Assembly: GCF_037042905.1 (NCBI RefSeq)
Contig: NC_087251.1
Coordinates: 36,706,001 to 36,770,000, forward strand
Direction: 5' to 3'
DNA: 64,000 nucleotides
DNA from: Lytechinus pictus
Taxonomy: Eukaryota
Shown here: piece by piece, positions 30,001 through 40,888 of the stretch
Numbering within the stretch: position 1 is the first letter of the stretch
How the letters are laid out: each line of letters begins with the position of its first letter
Notes under the pieces: generated by a model
Seen by the model: the letters and a program-made list of their open reading frames with translations, nothing else
Databases searched by the model: none
What the model was told of the DNA's origin: nothing
Position numbers and translations under genes: made by a program

Positions 30001-33000
30001 TAACCGATTATTACAGCGAGAATCAAGAGGATCCAGGGAGTTTGAATTTTCGACCCACTCGCCCCACCTGCGACATGGAAAATTGGGCAAAATTGGCCAA
30101 AATTGAGCAAATTAATATTTGTTCAATATTTCCCCCGAAACCCCCCCAAATCAGCCGTCTTCGCTCCCTGGAATGTTTTAGCATCCTAACCGATTATTAC
30201 AGCGAGAATCAAGAGGATCCAGGGAGTTTGAATTTTCGACTCCATTGCCCCACCCGCGAAAGGAAAATTGGGCAAATTTGGCCAAAATTTAGCAAAATAA
30301 TAATTGTTCATTATTTCCCCCGAAACCCCCCCAAATCAGCCGTCTTTGCTCCCTGGGATGTTTTAGCATCTTAACCGATTATTACAGCGAGAATCAAGAG
30401 AATCAAGAGGATCCAGGGAGTTTGAATTTTCGACCCCCTCGCGACATGGAAAATTGGGCAAAATTGGCCAAAATTGAGCAAATTAATATTTGTTCAATAT
30501 TTCCCCCGAATCGCCCCCAAATCAGCCGTCTTTGCTCCCTGGGATGTTTTAGCATCCTAACCGATTATAACAGCGAGAATCAAGAGGATCCAGGGAGTTT
30601 GAACTATCGCCCCCCTCGCCCCACCCGCGACATGGAAAATTGGCCAAAATTGAGCAAAATAATATTTGTTCAATATTTCCCCCGAAACCCCCCCAAATCA
30701 GCCGTCTTCGCTCCCTGGGATGTTTTAGCATCCTAACCGATTATTACAGCGAGAATCAAGAGGATGCTGGGAGTTTAAATTTTTGACCCCATTGCCCCAC
30801 CCGCGACATGGAAAATTGGGCAAAATTGGCAAAAATTGAGCAGAATAATATTTGTTTAATATTTCCCCCGAAATCCCCCCAAATCAGCCGTCTTCGCTCT
30901 CTGGGATGTTTTAGCATCCTAACCGATTATTACAGCGAGAATCAAGAGAATCAAGAGGATCCAGGGAGTTTGAATTTTCGACCCCCTCGCCCCACCCGCG
31001 ACATGGAAAATTGGGCAAAATTGGCCAAAATTGAGCAAAATAATATTTGTTCAATATTTCCCCCGAAACCCCCCAAAATCAGCCGTCTTCGCTCCCTGGG
31101 ATGTTTTAGCATCCTAACCGATTATTACAGCGAGAATCAAGAGGATCCAGGGAGTTTGAATTTTCGACTCCATTGCCCCACCCGCGACATGGAAAATTGG
31201 GCAAAATTGAGCAAAATAATAATTGTTCAATATTTCCCCCGAAACCCCCCCAAATCAGCCGTCTTCGCTCCCTGGGATGTTTTAGCATCCTAACCGATTA
31301 TTACAGCGAGAATCAAGAGAATCAAGAGGATCCAGGGAGTTTGAATTTTCGACCCCCTCGCCCCACCCGCGACATGGAAAATTGGGCAAAGTTGGGCAAA
31401 ATTGAGCAAAATAATATTTGTTCAATATTTCCCCCGAAACCCCCCCAAATCAGCCGTCTTCGCTCCCTGGAATGTTTTAGCATCCTAACCGATTATTACA
31501 GCGAGAATCAAGAGGATCCAGAGAGTTTGAATTTTCGACACCCTTGCCCCACCCACGACATGGAAAATTGGGCAAGATTGGCCAAATTTGAGCAAAATAA
31601 CATTTGTTCAATATTTCCCCCGAAACCCCCCCAAATCAGCCGTCTTCGCTCCCTGGGATGTTTTAGCATCCTAACCGATTATTAAAGCGAGAATCATGAG
31701 GATCCAGGGAGTTTGAATTTTCGACCCCCTCGCCCAACCCGCGACATGGAAAATTGGGCAAAATTGGGCAAAATTGAGCAAAATATTACTTGTTCAATAT
31801 TTCCCCCGAAACCCCCCCAAATCAGCCGTCTTCGCTCCCTGGGATGTTTTAGCATCCTAACCGATTATTACAGCGAGAATCAAGAGGATCCAGGGAGTTT
31901 GAATTTTCGACCCTCTCGCCCCACCCGCGACATGGAAAATTGGGCAAAATTGGCCAAAATTGAGCAAAATAATATTTGTTCAATATTTCCCCCGAAACCC
32001 CCCCAAATCAGCCGTCTTCGCTCCCTGGAATGTTTTAGCATCCTAACCGATTATTACAGCGAGAATCAAGAGGATCCAGGGAGTTTGAATTTTCGCCCCC
32101 CTCGCCCCACCCGCGACAAGGAAAATTGGGCAAAATTGGCCAAAATTGAGCAAAATAATATTTTTTCAATATTTCCCCTGAAACCCCCCCAAATCAGCCG
32201 TCTTCGCTCCCTGGGATGTTTTAGCATCCTAACCGATTATTACAGCGAGAATCAAGAGGATCCAGAGAGTTTAAATTTTCGACCCCCTTGCCCCACCCAC
32301 GACATGGAAAATTGGGCAAGATTGGCCAAATTTGAGCAAAATAACATTTGTTCAATATTTCCCCCGAAACCCCCCCCAAATCAGCCGTCTTCGCTCCCTG
32401 GGATGTTTTAGCATCCTAACCGATTATTAAAGCGAGAATCATGAGGATCCAGGGAGTTTGAATTTTCGACCCCCTCGCCCAACCCGCGACATGGAAAATT
32501 GGGCAAAATTGGGCAAAATTGAGCAAAATATTACTTGTTCAATATTTCCCCCGAAACCCCCCCAAATCAGCCGTCTTCGCTCCCTGGGATGTTTTAGCAT
32601 CCTAACCGATTATTACAGCGAGAATCAAGAGGATCCAGGGAGTTTGAATTTTCGACCCTCTCGCCCCACCCGCGACATGGAAAATTGGGCAAAATTGGCC
32701 AAAATTGAGCAAAATAATATTTGTTCAATATTTCCCCAGAAACCCCCCCAAATCAGCCGTCTTCGCTCCCTGGAATGTTTTAGCATCCTAACCGATTATT
32801 ACAGCGAGAATCAAGAGGATCCAGGGAGTTTGAATTTTCGCCCCCCTCGCCCCACCCGCGACAAGGAAAATTGGGCAAAATTGGCCAAAATTGAGCAAAA
32901 TAATATTTTTTCAATATTTCCCCTGAAACCCCCCCAAATCAGCCGTCTTCGCTCCCTGGGATGTTTTAGCATCCTAACCGATTATTACAGCGAGAATCAA

Positions 33001-36000
33001 GAGGATCCAGAGAGTTTGAACTATCGCCCCCCTCGCCCCACCCGCGACATGGAAAATTGGCCAAAATTGAGCAAAATAATATTTGTTCAATATTTCCCCC
33101 GAAACCCCCCCAAATCAGCCGTCTTCGCTCCCTGGGATGTTTTAGCATCCTAACCGATTACTACAGCGAGAATCATGAGGATCCAGGGAGTTTGAATTTT
33201 CGACCCCCTCGCCCCACCCGCGACATGGAAAATTGAGCAAAATATTATTTGTTCAATATTTCCCCCGAAACCCCCCCAAATCAGCCGTCGTCGCTCCCTG
33301 GGATGTTTTAGCATCCTAACGGATTATTACAGCGAGAATCAAGAGGATCCAGGGAGTTTGAATTTTTGACCCCCTCGCCCCACCCGCGACATGGAAAATT
33401 GGGCAAAATTTGCCAAAATTGAGCAAAATAATATTTGTTCAATATTTCCCCCGAAACCCCCCAAAATCAGCCGTCTTTGCTACCTGGGATGTTTTAGCAT
33501 CCTAACCGATTATTACAGCGAGAATCAAGAGGATCCAGGGAGTTTGAATTTTCGACCCCATTGCCCCACCCGCGACATGGAAAATTGGGCAAAATTTGCC
33601 AAAATTGAGCAAAATAATATTTGTTCAATATTTCCCCCGAAACCCCCCCCAAATCAGCCGTCTTCGCTCCTTGGGATGTTTTAGCATCCTAACCGATTAT
33701 TACAGCGAGAATCAAGAGGATCCAGGGAGTTTGAATTTTCGACCCACTCGCCCCACCCGCGACATGGAAAATTGGGCAAAATTGGCCAAAATTGAGCAAA
33801 TTAATATTTGTTCAATATTTCCCCCGAAACCCCCCCAAATCAGCCGTCTTCGCTCCCTGGAATGTTTTAGCATCCTAACCGATTATTACAGCGAGAATCA
33901 AGAGGATCCAGGGAGTTTGAATTTTCGACTCCATTGCCCCACCCGCGAAAGGAAAATTGGGCAAATTTGGCCAAAATTTAGCAAAATAATAATTGTTCAA
34001 TATTTCCCCCGAAACCCCCCCAAATCAGCCGTCTTCGCTCCCTGGGATGTTTTAGCATCTTAACCGATTATTACAGCGAGAATCAAGAGGATCCAGGGAG
34101 TTTGAATTTTCGACCCCCTCGCGACATGGAAAATTGGGCAAAATTGGCCAAAATTGAGCAAATTAATATTTGTTCAATATTTCCCCCGAATCGCCCCCAA
34201 ATCAGCCGTCTTTGCTCCCTGGGATGTTTTAGCATCCTAACCGATTATAACAGCGAGAATCAAGAGGATCCAGGGAGTTTGAACTATCGCCCCCCTCGCC
34301 CCACCCGCGACATGGAAAATTGGCCAAAATTGAGCAAAATAATATTTGTTCAATATTTCCCCCGAAACCCCCCCAAATCAGCCGTCTTCGCTCCCTGGGA
34401 TGTTTTAGCATCCTAACCGATTATTACAGCGAGAATCAAGAGGATGCTGGGAGTTTAAATTTTTGACCCCATTGCCCCACCCGCGACATGGAAAATTGGG
34501 CAAAATTGGCAAAAATTGAGCAGAATAATATTTGTTTAATATTTCCCCCGAAATCCCCCCAAATCAGCCGTCTTCGCTCTCTGGGATGTTTTAGCATCCT
34601 AACCGATTATTACATCGAGAATCAAGAGAATCAAGAGGATCCAGGGAGTTTGAATTTTCGACCCCCTCGCCCCACCCGCGACATGGAAAATTGGGCAAAA
34701 TTGGCCAAAATTGAGCAAAATAATATTTGTTCAATATTTCCCCCGAAACCCCCCAAAATCAGCCGTCTTCGCTCCCTGGGATGTTTTAGCATCCTAACCG
34801 ATTATTACAGCGAGAATCAAGAGGATCCAGGGAGTTTGAATTTTCGACTCCATTGCCCCACCCGCGACATGGAAAATTGGGCAAAATTGGGCAAAATTGA
34901 GCAAAATAATAATTGTTCAATATTTCCCCCGAAACCCCCCCAAATCAGCCGTCTTCGCTCCCTGGGATGTTTTAGCATCCTAACCGATTATTACAGCGAG
35001 AATCAAGAGAATCAAGAGGATCCAGGGAGTTTGAATTTTCGACCCCCTCGCCCCACCCGCGACATGGAAAATTGGGCAAAATTGGGCAAAATTGAGCAAA
35101 ATAATATTTGTTCAATATTTCCCCCGAAACCCCCCCAAATCAGCCGTCTTCGCTCCCTGGAATGTTTTAGCATCCTAACCGATTATTACAGCGAGAATCA
35201 AGAGGATCCAGAGAGTTTGAATTTTCGACACCCTTGCCCCACCCACGACATGGAAAATTGGGCAAGATTGGCCAAATTTGAGCAAAATAACATTTGTTCA
35301 ATATTTCCCCCGAAACCCCCCCAAATCAGCCGTCTTCGCTCCCTGGGATGTTTTAGCATCCTAACCGATTATTAAAGCGAGAATCATGAGGATCCAGGGA
35401 GTTTGAATTTTCGACCCCCTCGCCCAACCCGCGACATGGAAAATTGGGCAAAATTGGGCAAAATTGAGCAAAATATTACTTGTTCAATATTTCCCCCGAA
35501 ACCCCCCCAAATCAGCCGTCTTCGCTCCCTGGGATGTTTTAGCATCCTAACCGATTATTACAGCGAGAATCAAGAGGATCCAGGGAGTTTGAATTTTCGA
35601 CCCTCTCGCCCCACCCGCGACATGGAAAATTGGGCAAAATTGGCCAAAATTGAGCAAAATAATATTTGTTCAATATTTCCCCCGAAACCCCCCCAAATCA
35701 GCCGTCTTCGCTCCCTGGAATGTTTTAGCATCCTAACCGATTATTACAGCGAGAATCAAGAGGATCCAGGGAGTTTGAATTTTCGCCCCCCTCGCCCCAC
35801 CCGCGACAAGGAAAATTGGGCAAAATTGGCCAAAATTGAGCAAAATAATATTTTTTCAATATTTCCCCTGAAACCCCCCCCAAATCAGCCGTCTTCGCTC
35901 CCTGGGATGTTTTAGCATCCTAACCGATTATTAAAGCGAGAATCATGAGGATCCAGGGAGTTTGAATTTTCGACACCCTCGCCCAACCCGCGACATGGAA

Positions 36001-39000
36001 AATTGGGCAAAATTGGGCAAAATTGAGCAAAATATTACTTGTTCAATATTTCCCCCGAAACCCCCCCAAATCAGCCGTCTTCGCTCCCTGGGATGTTTTA
36101 GCATCCTAACCGATTATTACAGCGAGAATCAAGAGGATCCAGGGAGTTTGAATTTTCGACCCTCTCGCCCCACCCGCGACGTGGAAAATTGGGCAAAATT
36201 GGCCAAAATTGAGCAAAATAATATTTGTTCAATATTTCCCCCGAAACCCCCCCAAATCAGCCGTCTTCGCTCCCTGGAATGTTTTAGCATCCTAACCGAT
36301 TATTACAGCGAGAATCAAGAGGATCCAGGGAGTTTGAATTTTCGCCCCCCTCGCCCCACCCGCGACAAGGAAAATTGGGCAAAATTGGCCAAAATTGAGC
36401 AAAATAATATTTTTTCAATATTTCCCCTGAAACCCCCCCAAATCAGCCGTCTTCGCTCCCTGGGATGTTTTAGCATCCTAACCGATTACTACAGCGAGAA
36501 TCATGAGGATCCAGGGAGTTTGAATTTTCGACCCCCTCGCCCCACCCGCGACATGGAAAATTGAGCAAAATATTATTTGTTCAATATTTCCCCCGAAACC
36601 CCCCCAAATCAGCCGTCGTCGCTCCCTGGGATGTTTTAGCATCCTAACGGATTATTACAGCGAGAATCAAGAGGATCCAGGGAGTTTGAATTTTTGACCC
36701 CCTCGCCCCACCCGCGACATGGAAAATTGGGCAAAATTTGCCAAAATTGAGCAAAATAATATTTGTTCAATATTTCCCCCGAAACCCCCCAAAATCAGCC
36801 GTCTTTGCTACCTGGGATGTTTTAGCATCCTAACCGATTATTACAGCGAGAATCAAGAGGATCCAGGGAGTTTGAATTTTCGACCCCATTGCCCCACCCG
36901 CGACATGGAAAATTGGGCAAAATTTGCCAAAATTGAGCAAAATAATATTTGTTCAATATTTCCCCCGAAACCCCCCCCAAATCAGCCGTCTTCGCTCCTT
37001 GGGATGTTTTAGCATCCTAACCGATTATTACAGCGAGAATCAAGAGGATCCAGGGAGTTTGAATTTTCGACCCACTCGCCCCACCCGCGACATGGAAAAT
37101 TGGGCAAAATTGGCCAAAATTGAGCAAATGAATATTTGTTCAATATTTCCCCCGAAACCCCCCCAAATCAGCCGTCTTCGCTCCCTGGAATGTTTTAGCA
37201 TCCTAACCGATTATTACAGCGAGAATCAAGAGGATCCAGGGAGTTTGAATTTTCGACTCCATTGCCCCACCCGCGAAAGGAAAATTGGGCAAATTTGGCC
37301 AAAATTTAGCAAAATAATAATTGTTCAATATTTCCCCCGAAACCCCCCCAAATCAGCCGTCTTCGCTCCCTGGGATGTTTTAGCATCTTAACCGATTATT
37401 ACAGCGAGAATCAAGAGGATCCAGGGAGTTTGAATTTTCGACCCCCTCGCGACATGGAAAATTGGGCAAAATTGGCCAAAATTGAGCAAATTAATATTTG
37501 TTCAATATTTCCCCCGAATCGCCCCCAAATCAGCCGTCTTTGCTCCCTGGGATGTTTTAGCATCCTAACCGATTATAACAGCGAGAATCAAGAGGATCCA
37601 GGGAGTTTGAACTATCGCCCCCCTCGCCCCACCCGCGACATGGAAAATTGGCCAAAATTGAGCAAAATAATATTTGTTCAATATTTCCCCCGAAACCCCC
37701 CCAAATCAGCCGTCTTCGCTCCCTGGGATGTTTTAGCATCCTAACCGATTATTACAGCGAGAATCAAGAGGATGCTGGGAGTTTAAATTTTTGACCCCAT
37801 TGCCCCACCCGCGACATGGAAAATTGGGCAAAATTGGCAAAAATTGAGCAGAATAATATTTGTTTAATATTTCCCCCGAAATCCCCCCAAATCAGCCGTC
37901 TTCGCTCTCTGGGATGTTTTAGCATCCTAACCGATTATTACATCGAGAATCAAGAGAATCAAGAGGATCCAGGGAGTTTGAATTTTCGACCCCCTCGCCC
38001 CACCCGCGACATGGAAAATTGGGCAAAATTGGCCAAAATTGAGCAAAATAATATTTGTTCAATATTTCCCCCGAAACCCCCCAAAATCAGCCGTCTTCGC
38101 TCCCTGGGATGTTTTAGCATCCTAACCGATTATTACAGCGAGAATCAAGAGGATCCAGGGAGTTTGAATTTTCGACTCCATTGCCCCACCCGCGACATGG
38201 AAAATTGGGCAAAATTGGGCAAAATTGAGCAAAATAATAATTGTTCAATATTTCCCCCGAAACCCCCCCAAATCAGCCGTCTTCGCTCCCTGGGATGTTT
38301 TAGCATCCTAACCGATTATTACAGCGAGAATCAAGAGAATCAAGAGGATCCAGGGAGTTTGAATTTTCGACCCCCTCGCCCCACCCGCGACATGGAAAAT
38401 TGGGCAAAATTGGGCAAAATTGAGCAAAATAATATTTGTTCAATATTTCCCCCGAAACCCCCCCAAATCAGCCGTCTTCGCTCCCTGGAATGTTTTAGCA
38501 TCCTAACCGATTATTACAGCGAGAATCAAGAGGATCCAGAGAGTTTGAATTTTCGACCCCCTTGCCCCACCCACGACATGGAAAATTGGGCAAGATTGGC
38601 CAAATTTGAGCAAAATAACATTTGTTCAATATTTCCCCCGAAACCCCCCCAAATCAGCCGTCTTCGCTCCCTGGGATGTTTTAGCATCCTAACCGATTAT
38701 TAAAGCGAGAATCATGAGGATCCAGGGAGTTTGAATTTTCGACCCCCTCGCCCAACCCGCGACATGGAAAATTGGGCAAAATTGGGCAAAATTGAGCAAA
38801 ATATTACTTGTTCAATATTTCCCCCGAAACCCCCCCAAATCAGCCGTCTTCGCTCCCTGGGATGTTTTAGCATCCTAACCGATTATTACAGCGAGAATCA
38901 AGAGGATCCAGGGAGTTTGAATTTTCGACCCTCTCGCCCCACCCGCGACATGGAAAATTGGGCAAAATTGGCCAAAATTGAGCAAAATAATATTTGTTCA

Positions 39001-39870
39001 ATATTTCCCCCGAAACCCCCCCAAATCAGCCGTCTTCGCTCCCTGGAATGTTTTAGCATCTTAACCGATTATTACAGCGAGAATCAAGAGGATCCAGGGA
39101 GTTTGAATTTTCGCCCCCCTCGCCCCACCCGCGACAAGGAAAATTGGGCAAAATTGGCCAAAATTGAGCAAAATAATATTTTTTCAATATTTCCCCTGAA
39201 ACCCCCCCAAATCAGCCGTCTTCGCTCCCTGGGATGTTTTAGCATCCTAACCGATTACTACAGCGAGAATCATGAGGATCCAGGGAGTTTGAATTTTCGA
39301 CCCCCTCGCCCCACCCGCGACATGGAAAATTGAGCAAAATATTATTTGTTCAATATTTCCCCCGAAACCCCCCCAAATCAGCCGTCGTCGCTCCCTGGGA
39401 TGTTTTAGCATCCTAACGGATTATTACAGCGAGAATCAAGAGGATCCAGGGAGTTTGAACTTTTGACCCCCTCGCCCCACCCGCGACATGGAAAATTGGG
39501 CAAAATTTGCCAAAATTGAGCAAAATAATATTTGTTCAATATTTCCCCCGAAACCCCCCCAAATCAGCCGTCTTCGCTCCCTGGAATGTTTTAGCATCCT
39601 AACCGATTATTACAGCGAGAATCAAGAGGATCCAGAGAGTTTGAATTTTCGACCCCCTCGCCCCACCCACGTACGACACGGAAAATTGGCCAAAATTGAG
39701 CAAAATAATATTTGTTCAATATTTCCCCCGAAACCCCCCCCCCCCAAATCAGCCGTCTTCGCTCCCTGGGATGTTTTAGCATCCTAACCGATTATTACAG
39801 CGAGAATCAAGAGGATCCAGGGAGTTTGAATTTTCGACCCCATTGCCCGGCCCACCCGCGACATGGAAAA
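1..39870. repeat. Tandem satellite DNA array, 186-bp consensus monomer (variants ~166/176/177/195 bp), roughly 215 copies, runs off the left edge
   Basis: Unit GGATCCAGGGAGTTTGAATTTTCGACCCCCTCGCCCCACCCGCGACATGGAAAATTGGGCAAAATTGGCCAAAATTGAGCAAAATAATATTTGTTCAATATTTCCCCCGAAACCCCCCCAAATCAGCCGTCTTCGCTCCCTGGGATGTTTTAGCATCCTAACCGATTATTACAGCGAGAATCAAGA repeats head-to-tail with no insertion or inversion seen; last partial unit ends ...cgcgacatggaaaa at ~39870. Copy number is length divided by ~184. Confidence 0.99.
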
Positions 39871-40372
39871 TGCGTTGAAATGTGTCGCGGATACGTCCAA
39901 TCGCAAAGGAAAAAATAAATAAAAAAGCTCAGAAATCTTCAGAAAGCCCGCGATATAGGGGCGATACCCAAAGGTTTACTGGTCATAAAATGAAAAGGGA
40001 CCGATAATAAAAAATTCGTAAGCACCATAATCCATATTATTCAAATGCAATATAGAGTAGGAACTAGGAAATAATTTTTACTTGGGCCATTGGGGCTATT
40101 TTTCCCCTCATGTTGGTCGATCATAGCTGAACTTTAGGGGCCTATATTATATTTCTTTAATTTGAAGGTTACTTTTTTCAGCAAAAAGCAATTTTTGTAG
40201 TTTATGCAAATATCATCAATCAGTATTATGTAAAATATTGTTTTTTTTATAAATTCATTGTTTGTGGCAGCTTGGCAGGGCTAGGTCTCGGGTAGACAGG
40301 AATAACCGTCGTTTCTGGGGATTTATTCAACAATTTCTGACATTTTACTGTAATCCCCATTTATGTATGGTG

Positions 40373-40491
40373 AGTGGAGCCAACGTAGTTCAGCGGAACA
40401 ACCAAAATACAGAGACTGAAGCTTTTGGTCTAGTGGAGCCAACGTAGTTCAGCGGAACAACCAAAATACAGAGACTGAAGCTTTGGGTCTA
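40373..40491. repeat. 59-bp tandem duplication
   Basis: agtggagccaacgtagttcagcggaacaaccaaaatacagagactgaagcttt(t/g)ggtct starts at 40373 and again at 40432. Confidence 0.9.
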
Positions 40492-40888
40492 GGTCTCGGG
40501 CAGTTCTATCTGTCAGTGACCCCAACGCATGAGGGAAACTTTTCTTACCGTATTTTAGTGGCTGTCATGTGGGCAAAATCATCCGCAATCACCTCAAGGT
40601 TATGGTCTGGGGGGGGGGGGGGCACTTCCATTGACGAGTGGATACCTTGCGTGACCATGGGGTTTTGAAAAGCACCCAAACAATTTCCATGCCCTTTTCC
40701 ATGTTCTGAAAATGCACCCATTAACAAGTCTTTGGCATAGGAACCCCACATACCCTTAACAAGTATTGGAAACAAAATTATGGTATCCTTGACACATATT
40801 CCCTAAATTGACCCCCTAAACAAGTACAACGATATCTTAATTGTTAGTCTCGGACATGACGGGTGTCGGCTTTACCTTTACTTTCATT

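Noticed and set aside
1..39870. CRISPR-like or prokaryotic repeat system
   Set aside because: Units are full-length near-identical monomers with no unique spacers; no cas genes; the context is a spliceosomal-intron gene.
31..39918. Dozens of ORFs up to 468 aa with a 62-aa repeat (MENWAKLAKIEQNNICSIFPPKPPQISRLRSLGCFSILTDYYSENQEDPGSLNFRPPRPTRD)
   Set aside because: The monomer is 186 bp (62 codons) with one frame open by chance; recurrent 10-bp deletions, C-run slips and CGA>TGA changes break it, and variants are not biased to synonymous sites. No recognisable domain.
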